Assembly: GCA_963554245.1 (NCBI GenBank)
Contig: CAUVRF010000001.1
Span: 4,400 to 68,399, forward strand
Source of the DNA: an uncultured Streptococcus sp.
GTDB lineage: Bacteria > Bacillota > Bacilli > Lactobacillales > Streptococcaceae
DNA: 64,000 bases
Direction of reading: 5' to 3'
Shown one piece after another: positions 41,243-51,862 of this stretch; positions within the stretch are counted from its first letter, which is position 1; each line of letters opens with the position of its first letter. The notes beneath the pieces were generated by a model, which saw only the letters and a list, made by a program, of their open reading frames with translations, had not been told where the DNA came from and did no database searches. The position numbers and the translations under genes were made by a program.

Positions 41243-42172
41243 TTATTTTCTAGAATGTTGTTTACCAGCATTGCGTTTTTTATGTTTCTTATTGGTCATG
41301 ATCGCAGTTGCTTGGTTTGGAGTGACATCTTTGCGTCCGCCTCCAGTTGAAAATGAACTTGCTTTTGGTGGATTTTTGGCAAATTCTTCACGAACTTTTT
41401 TGCGAAGTTTTGGACGAACAACATAGTTAACGATGAACTGTTGGAGAATCATCATGAAACCACCGACAACCCAGTAAAGTGTCACACTGGCTGGTGCGAA
41501 GAGGGAGAAGATGACAATCGTGAGTGGGCTCATGTAAATCATTTTCTTGAGTTGATCTCTTTGCATCTCGTCTTCTACTCCGTGAAGTGAAAGGAGTGAT
41601 TGGAGATAGTAGAGGATACCAGCGAAGGCGACAAGGATCATACTTGGGGAACCGAGATTGATACCCAAGAAGGTAGAGCTAGCTACACCATCAGTGTAGT
41701 GGACTGCAAAGTAGATAGCAGAGAAGAAAGGCGCTTGAATGAGGAGAGGGAAGCATCCTACACCACCGAACATGCTGATGCCGTTTTCTTTTTGTGCAGC
41801 AAAGAGAGCCTGTTGTGCTTCTAGTTTTTCTTCTTGAGTGGTTGCTTCTTTGAGACGTGTTTGGTGTGGCTCAAGCACATGTTTGAGAGCATTCATCTTT
41901 TCAGAGTGAAGCGTTGCCTTCCATGATTGGTAGATACCAAGTGGCAAGATAATCAAGCGCACGATAATGGTTACGATAATGATAGCCACACCAAAGCCTA
42001 GACCTTTATCAGTAGCGAAGTACTTGATGGCTTCAGCCATAGGTGCTCCGATGGTATTCCAAATCAATCCTGTGGGTTGTCCTGTTGCTTTGTCTACTTG
42101 GACACAGCCTGACAAGACGAGTAGCATAGCCACTCCCATAGCAGAGAGGGCAAAACGTTTAATAGATTTCAA
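41243..42172 (-). CDS. yidC: Membrane protein insertase YidC (lipoprotein)
   Basis: Lipobox LSGC, TIIVRLIILPL, GCFPLLIQ and LYWVVG motifs. TTG start inferred from RBS spacing; 42181 is the alternative. Confidence 0.93.
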   Translation of the reverse strand: MKSIKRFALSAMGVAMLLVLSGCVQVDKATGQPTGLIWNTIGAPMAEAIKYFATDKGLGFGVAIIIVTIIVRLIILPLGIYQSWKATLHSEKMNALKHVLEPHQTRLKEATTQEEKLEAQQALFAAQKENGISMFGGVGCFPLLIQAPFFSAIYFAVHYTDGVASSTFLGINLGSPSMILVAFAGILYYLQSLLSLHGVEDEMQRDQLKKMIYMSPLTIVIFSLFAPASVTLYWVVGGFMMILQQFIVNYVVRPKLRKKVREEFAKNPPKASSFSTGGGRKDVTPNQATAIMTNKKHKKRNAGKQHSRK

Positions 42173-42249
42173 TGTTTTCATTCCTTCTTTAAAAATTATA
42201 CCTCTCTATTCTACTGTTTTTTTGTAAAATATACAATAGTTCTAGAGAC

Positions 42250-42528
42250 CTAATTTGCGACTTTGAAGTCCGAATAGGATGAAAAGTTGCTCATTTGTAC
42301 ATCTAGATAGGTAACTTTTGAAAAAGGTGTCGGACCTTTTCGGATTTCTTGGATAAATTTTGCCATAGTTGCAGAGGAGTCTGCCTGAGCAAGAATTTCC
42401 ACTGTGCCATCATCGTTATTCCAGACACGACCAGTGATGCCACCGATTTCAAGAGCTAAAGTATAAACACCCCAGCGAAAACCAACACCCTGCACCCTGC
42501 CTTGGGCAATCATTCTAACCTTTTGCAT
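42250..42528 (-). CDS. acyP: Acylphosphatase
   Basis: GRVQGVGFR and VWNNDDGTVE motifs. Confidence 0.95.
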   Translation of the reverse strand: MQKVRMIAQGRVQGVGFRWGVYTLALEIGGITGRVWNNDDGTVEILAQADSSATMAKFIQEIRKGPTPFSKVTYLDVQMSNFSSYSDFKVAN

Positions 42529-42561
42529 ACCAAACCCCTTTGATTGTGTTATAATATTTCT

Positions 42562-43302
42562 ATGACTATTATAACCTCAAAAGCCAATTCTGTGGTAAAA
42601 AATGCCAAGAAATTGCATCAAAAAAAATATCGAAAGTCTGCTTATTTGATTGAGGGCTGGCACTTGTTTGAAGAAGCTGTTCAAGCAGGAGTGACGATTG
42701 AAAAGGTCTTTGCCCTAGAAAGTTATCGAGATCAGCTAGCTGCTTTTCCTCAAACTATCTGGGTTTCAGAGGAGATTTTGCTAGATTTGGCAGATACGCA
42801 AACTCCTCAAGGGATTGTTGCAGTGATTCAAAAAGAAGAAGTGGGACTGCCTGATCTCCATCAGGGCAAGTATCTATTTTTAGAGGATGTTCAAGATCCT
42901 GGTAATGTGGGCACCATGATTCGGACGGCGGATGCTGCAGGTTTTACAGGGGTTATTGTTTCAGACAAGTCAGCAGATATCTACAGTCTTAAGACTCTAC
43001 GTTCCATGCAAGGAAGTCATTTTCACTTGCCTATCTATCGTATGCCTCTTACCAGCTTTGTAGAAGAGGCAAAGAAGAGCGATTTGCCCATTCTAGCAAC
43101 GACCTTATCGAGAGATTCAAAGGATTATCGTGAGCTTTCTTCACTAGAGAACTTTGTTTTAGTCATGGGAAATGAAGGGCAGGGGATTAGTTCTGTCATG
43201 GCTGAGAGTGCTGATCAGCTGGTTCATATAGGCATGAAAGGTCGAGCGGAAAGTCTCAATGTGGCGGTTGCCGCAGGTATTTTGATGTTTTATTTCAGCT
43301 AA
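42562..43302 (+). CDS. TrmH/SpoU-family RNA methyltransferase
   Basis: QDPGNVGTMIRTA, GNEGQG and ESLNVAVA motifs. Confidence 0.93.
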   Translation: MTIITSKANSVVKNAKKLHQKKYRKSAYLIEGWHLFEEAVQAGVTIEKVFALESYRDQLAAFPQTIWVSEEILLDLADTQTPQGIVAVIQKEEVGLPDLHQGKYLFLEDVQDPGNVGTMIRTADAAGFTGVIVSDKSADIYSLKTLRSMQGSHFHLPIYRMPLTSFVEEAKKSDLPILATTLSRDSKDYRELSSLENFVLVMGNEGQGISSVMAESADQLVHIGMKGRAESLNVAVAAGILMFYFS

Positions 43303-43356
43303 TTTATAAAAACTTTGTTATAATCAAGACATATTTATAGAAAAAGGAGAATCAGA

Positions 43357-44040
43357 ATGAATCAAACGATTATTCAAGAACGTTCAGGTCTCAATCAATT
43401 TTACGCTAAGGTTTATGCTTTTGTGGGACTTGGGATTGGTCTATCAGCTCTCGTGTCAGCTTTGATGTTGACAGTCTTTCAGTCCCAATTGGTCTACTTT
43501 TTAATGCATGGCCGTCTCTGGCTGATTATTGCAACTTTTGCAGAACTTGCTCTAGTCTTTGTTGCAAGTAGCATGGCTGCCAAAAATAGTCCAGCAGCTC
43601 TCCCAGTATTTTTAGTTTATTCTGTTTTAAATGGCTTTACGCTGAGTTTTGTCGTAGCCTTCTATACACCTGGGACCGTCTTATCAGCCTTTGTATCCAG
43701 TGCCCTTCTCTTCTTTGTCATGGCGGCAATCGGAATTTTCACCAAGAAAGATTTGAGTGGAATGGGCCGAGCTTTGATGGCGGCGCTTGTTGGTCTCATC
43801 ATTGCCATGGTTGTGAATCTATTTTTAGCCAATAGCTTCTTTGACTACATGATTAGTATTGCCATGGTCTTGGTTTTCTCAGGTTTGATTGCTTGGGATA
43901 ACCAAAAGATTCGCTATGTTTATGAACAGTCACGAGGACAAGTAGCGACAGGTTGGGTCATCTCAATGGCGCTTAGCATCTATCTAGACTTTATCAACCT
44001 CTTCCTTAGCATCTTACGAATCTTTGGTCGAAACGATTAA
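43357..44040 (+). CDS. Bax inhibitor-1/YccA family membrane protein
   Basis: 7 TM helices, C-terminal ALSIYLDFINLFL. Confidence 0.92.
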   Translation: MNQTIIQERSGLNQFYAKVYAFVGLGIGLSALVSALMLTVFQSQLVYFLMHGRLWLIIATFAELALVFVASSMAAKNSPAALPVFLVYSVLNGFTLSFVVAFYTPGTVLSAFVSSALLFFVMAAIGIFTKKDLSGMGRALMAALVGLIIAMVVNLFLANSFFDYMISIAMVLVFSGLIAWDNQKIRYVYEQSRGQVATGWVISMALSIYLDFINLFLSILRIFGRND

Positions 44041-44149
44041 TGAATAACAGAGTCAGTGTTCAAAAGAGCACTGACTTTTTCTTATTTACTCTTTTCTTTT
44101 CTTGGAAATAGGTGTATAATGCTTTTAACTAATTTTTGAGGAGCCGTTT

Positions 44150-45142
44150 ATGAAGAAAAGTTTTATCCATCAGCAAGAAGAGATTTCCTTTGTCAAAAAC
44201 ACCTTTACCCAGTATTTGAAAGATAAGTTAGAAGTTGTTGAAGTTCAAGGTCCCATCTTGAGCAAGGTTGGTGATGGGATGCAGGATAACCTGTCCGGTG
44301 TCGAACATCCAGTATCCGTAAAGGTCTTGCAGATTCCAGATGAAACTTATGAAGTCGTTCACTCACTAGCCAAATGGAAACGTCACACCTTAGCTCGCTT
44401 TGGTTTTGGAGAAGGTGAAGGTCTATTTGTTCATATGAAGGCCCTTCGTCCAGATGAAGATTCGCTTGATGCGACTCACTCAGTTTATGTAGATCAGTGG
44501 GACTGGGAAAAAGTGATTCCAAATGGTCAACGTAATATCGCTTATCTCAAAGAAACCGTTGAGAAGATTTACAAGGCTATTCGTCTGACAGAGCTAGCCG
44601 TAGAAGCGCGCTACGATATTGAATCCATTTTGCCAAAACAAATCACCTTTATCCATACAGAAGAGTTGGTGGAACGCTATCCAGATTTGACACCGAAAGA
44701 GCGTGAAAATGCAATCTGTAAAGAGTTTGGTGCTGTCTTCTTGATTGGTATTGGTGGCGAGTTGCCTGATGGCAAACCTCATGACGGCCGTGCACCTGAC
44801 TACGATGACTGGACAACAGAGTCTGAAAATGGCTACAAAGGGTTGAATGGCGATATTCTAGTTTGGAACGAATCTCTTGGTTGTGCCTTTGAACTTTCCT
44901 CAATGGGGATTCGGGTAGATGAGGATACACTTCGTCGCCAGGTGGCTCTTACCGGAGACGAAGATCGTCTCGAGCTGGAATGGCATAAAGCCCTGCTTAA
45001 CGGCCTTTTCCCATTGACAATCGGTGGAGGTATCGGACAGTCTCGGATGGCCATGTTCCTTCTTCGTAAGAAACATATTGGAGAAGTTCAGACCAGTGTT
45101 TGGCCTCAGGAAGTCCGCGATACGTATGAAAATATCTTGTAG
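44150..45142 (+). CDS. asnA: Aspartate-ammonia ligase
   Basis: [17 protein letters not shown] and [10 protein letters not shown] motifs. Confidence 0.97.
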   Translation: MKKSFIHQQEEISFVKNTFTQYLKDKLEVVEVQGPILSKVGDGMQDNLSGVEHPVSVKVLQIPDETYEVVHSLAKWKRHTLARFGFGEGEGLFVHMKALRPDEDSLDATHSVYVDQWDWEKVIPNGQRNIAYLKETVEKIYKAIRLTELAVEARYDIESILPKQITFIHTEELVERYPDLTPKERENAICKEFGAVFLIGIGGELPDGKPHDGRAPDYDDWTTESENGYKGLNGDILVWNESLGCAFELSSMGIRVDEDTLRRQVALTGDEDRLELEWHKALLNGLFPLTIGGGIGQSRMAMFLLRKKHIGEVQTSVWPQEVRDTYENIL

Positions 45143-45206
45143 AGAATCGAACCGCAAGGTTCGGTTTTCTTTCTCTTTTTGCCTATAATTTGGTATAATA
45201 AACGGT

Positions 45207-45746
45207 ATGAAAATCGTATCAGGAATCTACGGAGGGCGCCCCCTCAAGACGCTAGAAGGCAAGACGACGAGGCCGACATCAGATAAGGTTCGTGGAGCTA
45301 TCTTTAACATGATAGGCCCCTATTTTGATGGTGGTCGTGTATTGGATCTCTATGCTGGCAGTGGCGGCTTATCTATTGAGGCAGTCTCGCGTGGGATGTC
45401 CCATGCTGTCTTAGTGGAACGGGATAGAAGGGCACAAGGTATCATCGCTGAAAATATCCAAATGACCAAGGAAGTTTCCAAATTTCAGCTCTTAAAGATG
45501 GAGGCTGAACGGGTCTTGGAGCAAGTGAAAGGTCCCTTTGACCTGGTCTTTTTAGACCCTCCCTATGCCAAGGAACAAATCGTTGCAGATATCGAAAAAA
45601 TGGCAGAAAGAAACCTTTTCTCCGACGAGATCATGGTTGTCTGTGAAACCGATAAGTCTGTAGAACTTCCAGAAGAAATTTCCTGCCTCGGCATCTGGAA
45701 GGAAAAAATATATGGGATTAGTAAGGTGACAGTCTATGTCAGATAG
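45207..45746 (+). CDS. rsmD: 16S rRNA m2G966 methyltransferase
   Basis: [17 protein letters not shown] and DPPY motifs. Confidence 0.95.
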   Translation: MKIVSGIYGGRPLKTLEGKTTRPTSDKVRGAIFNMIGPYFDGGRVLDLYAGSGGLSIEAVSRGMSHAVLVERDRRAQGIIAENIQMTKEVSKFQLLKMEAERVLEQVKGPFDLVFLDPPYAKEQIVADIEKMAERNLFSDEIMVVCETDKSVELPEEISCLGIWKEKIYGISKVTVYVR

Positions 45747-46224
45747 AATTGGATTATTTACAGGTTCATTTGATCCGATGACGAATGGACATCTGGATAT
45801 CATTGAACGTGCCAGCAAACTCTTTGATAAGCTCTATGTCGGGGTGTTCTACAATCCCCACAAACAAGGCTTTCTCCCTGTTGAAAACCGCAAACGGGCA
45901 GTCGAAAAAGCGGTGGCGCATTTAGATAATGTAGAGGTGCTGGCTTCTCATGATCAACTAGTCGTTGATGTTGCAAGAAGACTGGGTGCTAAGATCCTTG
46001 TCCGTGGCTTGCGAAATACCACCGACTTGCAATACGAGTCTAGCTTTGACTACTACAATCATCAACTGGCTCCAGAAATCGAAACCATTTACCTATATAG
46101 CCGCCCAGAGCATCTTTATATCAGCTCTTCGGCCGTGAGAGAACTTCTGAAGTTTGGTCAGGAGATTCAGCAATATGTCCCAAACAGTGTTGTGGAGGAA
46201 TTAGAACATGAAGAAAAAAACTAG
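45736..46224 (+). CDS. coaD: Phosphopantetheine adenylyltransferase
   Basis: [15 protein letters not shown] and ISSS motifs. Confidence 0.96.
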   Translation: MSDRIGLFTGSFDPMTNGHLDIIERASKLFDKLYVGVFYNPHKQGFLPVENRKRAVEKAVAHLDNVEVLASHDQLVVDVARRLGAKILVRGLRNTTDLQYESSFDYYNHQLAPEIETIYLYSRPEHLYISSSAVRELLKFGQEIQQYVPNSVVEELEHEEKN

Positions 46225-47245
46225 ATGGCCCTTATATGTCATCCTAGCACTAGTATTGACTTTTTTAGCCTTTGTAGTACCTTTACCTTACTACATAGAA
46301 GTTCCAGGTGGAGCGGAAGATATTCGTCGCGTTTTGAAAGTCAATGAAACAGAAGACACAGAAGCAGGAGCTTACCAGTTTGTAACAGTCGGTATTCGAC
46401 ACGCAACCCTATCGCATCTTGTCTATGCTTGGTTAACACCTTTCACAGATATTAGAAGTGCCAAGGAGACTACGGGTGGCTCTACTGATGCAGAATTTAT
46501 GCGGATCAATCAGTTCTACATGCAAACGTCCCAAAACATGGCCAAGTATCAAGGATTGAAGACGGCTGGAAAGGATATCGAACTCAAGTATCTGGGAGTT
46601 TATGTCTTGACCGTGACGGACAATTCAACTTTTAAGGGCATTCTGAACATAGCAGACACCGTGACGGCTGTTAATGACAAAACATTTGACAGTTCAAAAG
46701 ACTTGGTCGACTATGTCAATTCTCAACAATTAGGAGACACGGTCAAGGTAACCTATGAGGAAGACGGAAAAGTCAAGTCTGCAGAAGGTAAAATTATCAC
46801 TCTCGAAAACGGGAAAAACGGGATTGGGATTGGCTTGATTGACCGTACGGAAGTGACCAGTGATGTTCCAATTCGCTTTTCAACAGCTGGTATCGGCGGG
46901 CCAAGTGCCGGTCTCATGTTTAGTCTCGCTATTTACACCCAGATAGCAGATCCAGGACTTCGTAATGGCCGCATCGTTGCGGGAACGGGAACTATTGATC
47001 GTGATGGAAATGTTGGTGACATCGGTGGAATTGACAAAAAAGTAGTGGCAGCCTCTCGTCAGGGAGCCAACATCTTTTTTGCTCCTGACAATCCAGTCAC
47101 TGAGGAAGCAAAAAAAGCAGATCCAAATGCGAAAAGCAACTATGAAACAGCCCTAGAAGCTGCTAAAACGATCAAAACAGAGATGAAAATCGTTCCCGTT
47201 AAGACTTTGCAGGATGCAATTGATTACCTTAAAAACAATCCCTAA
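46208..47245 (+). CDS. sepM: SepM-like PDZ/Lon-domain membrane protease
   Basis: N-terminal TM, PDZ domain, GGPSAG and IGGIDKK (Ser-Lys dyad). Confidence 0.88.
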   Translation: MKKKTRWPLYVILALVLTFLAFVVPLPYYIEVPGGAEDIRRVLKVNETEDTEAGAYQFVTVGIRHATLSHLVYAWLTPFTDIRSAKETTGGSTDAEFMRINQFYMQTSQNMAKYQGLKTAGKDIELKYLGVYVLTVTDNSTFKGILNIADTVTAVNDKTFDSSKDLVDYVNSQQLGDTVKVTYEEDGKVKSAEGKIITLENGKNGIGIGLIDRTEVTSDVPIRFSTAGIGGPSAGLMFSLAIYTQIADPGLRNGRIVAGTGTIDRDGNVGDIGGIDKKVVAASRQGANIFFAPDNPVTEEAKKADPNAKSNYETALEAAKTIKTEMKIVPVKTLQDAIDYLKNNP

Positions 47246-47300
47246 TTCGTAGAAAAATTGAAAACTAGCGCGCAAGCGGATAAGATGGTATAATAGTCAA

Positions 47301-47531
47301 ATGGTTCAATTATTATTCACTCTAAGTAGTCATATACTCTTTATTTATTTGAGTTTTTACCTTTTGAAGGATCTTGTGAGATGGGAAAAGGTTTTAAAAG
47401 TGACCGCTACTAACACAAAAAAAGTTCGTTTGTTGGTAGGCTTCTTTAGTATTGTGATGGGCTACATCTTGAGTTCATTCTTTATCAGTTTGTACCAGCT
47501 GTGGCAAGAAGCGCTTAGAGGACTATTATAA
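47301..47531 (+). CDS. DUF1146-like small membrane protein
   Basis: Two TM helices, in the usual position upstream of murA. Confidence 0.8.
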   Translation: MVQLLFTLSSHILFIYLSFYLLKDLVRWEKVLKVTATNTKKVRLLVGFFSIVMGYILSSFFISLYQLWQEALRGLL

Positions 47532-47554
47532 AATCAAAAGTAAAGGAAGCAACT

Positions 47555-48838
47555 ATGGAAAAAATTGTGGTTCAAGGCGGGGATAATCGTCTGGTCGGGA
47601 GTGTGACGATCGAGGGAGCAAAGAATGCAGTCTTGCCCTTGTTGGCAGCGACTATTTTAGCCAGTGAAGGAAAGACCGTCTTACAAAATGTCCCAATCTT
47701 GTCAGATGTGTTCACCATGAATCAAGTGGTTCGGGGTTTGAATGCCAAGGTGGACTTTGATGAGGAAGCTCATGTTGTCGAGGTTGATGCGACTGGTGAT
47801 ATCACGGAGGAAGCTCCTTATAAATATGTCAGCAAGATGCGAGCATCCATCGTTGTCTTGGGACCAATCCTTGCTCGTGTAGGTCATGCCAAAGTTTCTA
47901 TGCCAGGGGGGTGCACCATCGGGAGTCGTCCGATCGACCTCCACCTCAAAGGTTTGGAAGCTATGGGGGCAAAAATCACCCAGGCAGCTGGTTACATCGA
48001 AGCCAAGGCAGACCACTTGCATGGCGCTCATATCTACATGGACTTCCCTAGTGTCGGCGCAACACAAAACCTCATGATGGCAGCAACTCTAGCTGATGGT
48101 GTGACAGTGATTGAAAATGCTGCGCGTGAGCCAGAAATTGTTGATCTCGCTATCTTCCTTAATGAAATGGGAGCCAAGGTCAAGGGAGCTGGCACAGAAA
48201 CAATCACCGTGATTGGTGTTGAGGAACTCCATGGTACGACCCACAATGTGGTACAGGACCGTATCGAAGCCGGAACCTTTATGGTGGCTGCAGCTATGAC
48301 AGGTGGCGATGTCCTCGTTCGTGATGCAGTCTGGGAACACAATCGCCCCTTGATTTCAAAACTACTTGAGATGGGTGTTGAAGTGACAGAGGAATCTGAA
48401 GGTATTCGTGTTCGTTCTCGACTTGAAAATCTCAAGGCTGTTCATGTAAAAACCTTGCCACATCCAGGATTTCCAACAGATATGCAGGCACAATTTACAG
48501 CTCTGATGACAGTTGCAAAAGGGGAATCCACCATGGTGGAAACGGTATTTGAGAATCGCTTCCAACACTTGGAGGAAATGCGCCGTATGGGCTTGCATTC
48601 AGAGATTATCCGTGATACAGCTCGTATTGTAGGGGGGCAGGCTTTACAAGGGGCAGAAGTTCTATCAACGGACCTTCGCGCTAGTGCTGCTTTGATTTTG
48701 ACAGGTCTGGTTGCGCAGGGAGAAACAGTTGTCGGTAAACTAGTCCACCTTGATAGAGGTTATTACCGCTTCCATGAGAAGTTAGCTCAGCTAGGAGCGA
48801 AGATTCAGCGAATTGAGGCAAATGATGAAGAAGAATAA
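47555..48838 (+). CDS. murA: UDP-N-acetylglucosamine 1-carboxyvinyltransferase
   Basis: [21 protein letters not shown] and DLRA motifs. Confidence 0.97.
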   Translation: MEKIVVQGGDNRLVGSVTIEGAKNAVLPLLAATILASEGKTVLQNVPILSDVFTMNQVVRGLNAKVDFDEEAHVVEVDATGDITEEAPYKYVSKMRASIVVLGPILARVGHAKVSMPGGCTIGSRPIDLHLKGLEAMGAKITQAAGYIEAKADHLHGAHIYMDFPSVGATQNLMMAATLADGVTVIENAAREPEIVDLAIFLNEMGAKVKGAGTETITVIGVEELHGTTHNVVQDRIEAGTFMVAAAMTGGDVLVRDAVWEHNRPLISKLLEMGVEVTEESEGIRVRSRLENLKAVHVKTLPHPGFPTDMQAQFTALMTVAKGESTMVETVFENRFQHLEEMRRMGLHSEIIRDTARIVGGQALQGAEVLSTDLRASAALILTGLVAQGETVVGKLVHLDRGYYRFHEKLAQLGAKIQRIEANDEEE

Positions 48839-49019
48839 AAACTTACGCTATGTACTCCGTCGCCTACTGTTGATTTTTATTGTTCTCTTGATAGGTTTCC
48901 TTGCTTTAGGAATCGGCTTGATGGTTGGCTATGGCATCCTAGGAAAGGGACAGGATCCGTGGGCTATCTTATCTCCAGCAAAGTGGCAGGAATTGATTAG
49001 CAAATTTACAGGAAATTAG
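48825..49019 (+). CDS. epuA: EpuA small membrane protein
   Basis: [10 protein letters not shown] motif, positioned between murA and endA. Confidence 0.85.
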   Translation: MKKNKNLRYVLRRLLLIFIVLLIGFLALGIGLMVGYGILGKGQDPWAILSPAKWQELISKFTGN

Positions 49020-49059
49020 ACTGGGAGACCAGTCTTTTTCTAAAGAAATAAGGAGAAAA

Positions 49060-49884
49060 ATGGACAAAAAAACAAGACAAGCTCTGATAGGGTTACTTCT
49101 ATTCTTACTCTTGGCTGCTGGAAGCTATTACATCAAGCAGATGCAGACAGCGCCAAACACCCCTAGAACCAAGGTTAGTCAGAAAAAACAAGCTTCAGAA
49201 GCTCCCAGTCAGGAGCTTGCTGAAAGTGTCTTAACTGAGTCAATCAAAAACCAAATCAAGGGGGGGCTCGAGTGGAATGGAGCAGGGGCCTTCATTGTCA
49301 ATGGCAATAAAACCAATCTAGATGCCAAGGTTTCTAGCAAACCCTATGCGGATAATAAGACAAAGATAGTTGGAAAAGAAACAGTTCCAACTGTTGCCAA
49401 TGCCATCTTATCCAAAGCGACTCGGCAGTATAAAAATCGTGAAGAGACTGGAAATGGATCCACTTCTTGGACGCCACCAGGATGGCATCAGGTCAAGAAT
49501 CTAAAGGGGACTTACACGCATGCTGTAGATAGAGGACACCTGCTGGGCTACGCCTTGATAGGTGGTTTGGATGGTTATGATGCCTCTACCAGCAATCCCA
49601 AGAACATTGCAGTCCAGACAGCTTGGGCTAACCAAGCGCAGGCTGAAGATTCGACAGGTCAGAACTACTATGAGAGTTTGGTCAGAAAATCCTTGGACAA
49701 AAATAAGAGGGTCCGTTACCGCGTGACACTTCACTATGCGACAAATGAGGACCTAGTTCCATCCGCTTCACAAATCGAAGCCAAATCTTCGGATGGCGAA
49801 TTGGAGTTCAACGTGCTAATCCCCAATGTTCAAAAGGGAATCCAGCTTGATTACCGAACAGGTCAAGTGACAGTGACGGATTAG
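49060..49884 (+). CDS. endA: DNA-entry nuclease EndA
   Basis: Membrane anchor, TPPGWHQ, DRGH active site and QTAWANQ. Confidence 0.95.
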   Translation: MDKKTRQALIGLLLFLLLAAGSYYIKQMQTAPNTPRTKVSQKKQASEAPSQELAESVLTESIKNQIKGGLEWNGAGAFIVNGNKTNLDAKVSSKPYADNKTKIVGKETVPTVANAILSKATRQYKNREETGNGSTSWTPPGWHQVKNLKGTYTHAVDRGHLLGYALIGGLDGYDASTSNPKNIAVQTAWANQAQAEDSTGQNYYESLVRKSLDKNKRVRYRVTLHYATNEDLVPSASQIEAKSSDGELEFNVLIPNVQKGIQLDYRTGQVTVTD

Positions 49885-50020
49885 AAACAATGGATACTAT
49901 ATAAAACAGCTCCTTTGTCTTTTAGAGGCAGGGGAGTTGTTGTTTAAATGAAAAATAATGTGAATCCTGAGGGATTTTATGATATAATGGAACACAAGAT
50001 ACTATTTTAGGAGAAGGACT

Positions 50021-51352
50021 ATGGAAGACCCGAGCAGTCAGAATTTGTTGCTACAGTTTGTATTGTTATTTATCTTGACCCTGTTAAATGCTTTTTTCTC
50101 AGCCACTGAAATGGCGATGGTGTCACTAAACCGTTCCCGAGTAGAACAAAAGGCAGAAGAGGGAGACAAACGTTACATTCGTTTGTTAAAGGTACTTGAA
50201 AATCCTAACCACTTTTTATCAACAATTCAAGTCGGTATCACCTTGATCACGATCTTGTCAGGGGCCAGTTTAGCAGAAACGCTGGGACGCGAAATCGCAT
50301 CTTGGATGGGAAATAGTGAAACAGCTTATGCTATTGCAAGTTTTCTCTCTTTGGCATTCTTGACCTACATCTCTATTGTTTTTGGTGAACTCTATCCTAA
50401 ACGGATTGCCCTTAATCTAAAAGATGCCTTAGCCATTCGCTCTGTTCCGATTATCATTGGACTTGGGAAGATTGTCAGTCCCTTTGTCTGGTTGTTATCT
50501 GCTTCAACTAATCTCTTGAGTCGTTTAACGCCAATGACCTTTGATGATGCGGATGAAAAAATGACTCGAGATGAAATTGAGTACATGTTGACCAAAAGTG
50601 AGGAAACTTTGGATGCGGACGAAATCGAGATGTTACAAGGGATCTTCTCTCTAGATGAGCTGATGGCGAGAGAAGTCATGGTTCCTCGGACAGATGCCTT
50701 TATGGTGGATATTCAGGATGATAGTCAAACCATTATCCAAAGTATTCTAAAGCAAAATTTCTCACGTATCCCTGTTTATGATGGGGATAAGGACAATGTG
50801 ATTGGTTTGATTCATACCAAGCGTTTGCTAAACGCTGCCTATGCAGATGGCTTTGAAAACATTGTCTGGAAGAAGATCTTACAAGATCCACTCTTTGTTC
50901 CTGAAACTATTTTTGTGGATGACTTGCTAAAAGAATTGCGAAATACCCAAAGACAAATGGCCATTTTGCTCGATGAATACGGTGGTATGGCTGGACTGGT
51001 CACACTGGAAGACCTGCTGGAGGAGATTGTCGGAGAAATCGACGATGAGACAGACCGAGCAGAAATCGAAGTCCATCAAATCGGTGAGGACACCTATATT
51101 GCACAGGGAACCATGAATCTTAACGACTTCAATAACTACTTTGGTGTCGAACTAGAAAGCGATGATGTGGATACCATCGCCGGTTATTATTTGACGGGTG
51201 TTGGTACGATTCCAACAACTGAAAAAATCAGTTATGAACTGGTCAGTCAAAACAAGCAAATCGTCCTGACCAATGATAAGGTGAAAAATGGACGTGTTAC
51301 CAAGGTAAAAGTTCAAATCACAGAACTAGAACCTGAAGAAGAAACAGAATAA
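50021..51352 (+). CDS. CNNM/CorC (DUF21-CBS-CorC) transporter, probably Mg2+ homeostasis
   Basis: [26 protein letters not shown] and LEEIVGEI motifs. Confidence 0.92.
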   Translation: MEDPSSQNLLLQFVLLFILTLLNAFFSATEMAMVSLNRSRVEQKAEEGDKRYIRLLKVLENPNHFLSTIQVGITLITILSGASLAETLGREIASWMGNSETAYAIASFLSLAFLTYISIVFGELYPKRIALNLKDALAIRSVPIIIGLGKIVSPFVWLLSASTNLLSRLTPMTFDDADEKMTRDEIEYMLTKSEETLDADEIEMLQGIFSLDELMAREVMVPRTDAFMVDIQDDSQTIIQSILKQNFSRIPVYDGDKDNVIGLIHTKRLLNAAYADGFENIVWKKILQDPLFVPETIFVDDLLKELRNTQRQMAILLDEYGGMAGLVTLEDLLEEIVGEIDDETDRAEIEVHQIGEDTYIAQGTMNLNDFNNYFGVELESDDVDTIAGYYLTGVGTIPTTEKISYELVSQNKQIVLTNDKVKNGRVTKVKVQITELEPEEETE

Positions 51353-51378
51353 AGCAGTGACTCAAGTCACTGCTTTTT
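51352..51378 (+). terminator. Rho-independent terminator
   Basis: AAGCAGTGAC-tcaa-GTCACTGCTTTTT. Confidence 0.8.
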
Positions 51379-51485
51379 GTAAATCTAGATGGTAGGTTCA
51401 GTTATCCCCACTTATTAGGAATACTAAAAAAGCCCGGTTTTACGAGCTTTTCATTTGGTTAATTCCTGTTAATTCAGGTATTGAA

Positions 51486-51556
51486 AGGCGGTAGACGGAT
51501 TTGAACCGACGATCAAGCTTTTGCAGAGCCGTGCCTTACCACTTGGCTATACCGCC
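51486..51556 (-). tRNA. tRNA-Cys(GCA), CCA not encoded
   Basis: Reverse complement GGCGGTATAGCCAAGTGGTAAGGCACGGCTCTGCAAAAGCTTGATCGTCGGTTCAAATCCGTCTACCGCCT folds as a cloverleaf with a GCA anticodon and U73. Confidence 0.97.
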
Positions 51557-51778
51557 TCAACGTTTATTATTATACCTTGAAAATCATTTTCCGTCAATAG
51601 TTTCTTATTCTAAAATCCAATTTAAGAAGATAGATTATGTCATGTGAAGAAAAAAGGGAAAAGCAACTTGTAAAAATGAAGCTTACAGAGCTAGACAAAT
51701 TAATTTTCTTTTCTTATAAATACAAATAAAGAATGGGGAAATTCTGACAAAGAGAAGTTTTTTGTAGATATACGCCTA

Positions 51779-51793
51779 AATATTCTGAAAATT
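51779..51793 (+). promoter_or_regulatory. CodY box upstream of amiA
   Basis: AATATTCTGAAAATT, one mismatch to AATTTTCWGAAAATT. A weaker copy lies at 51738-51752. Confidence 0.75.
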
Positions 51794-51862
51794 CGTTTAC
51801 TTTTTAGAAGATATATGTTATAATTTCCAATAAGCCTAAATTTTTTAAGAGGAGTTATATAC

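Noticed and set aside
47912..47914. Fosfomycin-resistant MurA (Cys-to-Asp)
   Set aside because: The active-site Cys is retained ([10 protein letters not shown]).
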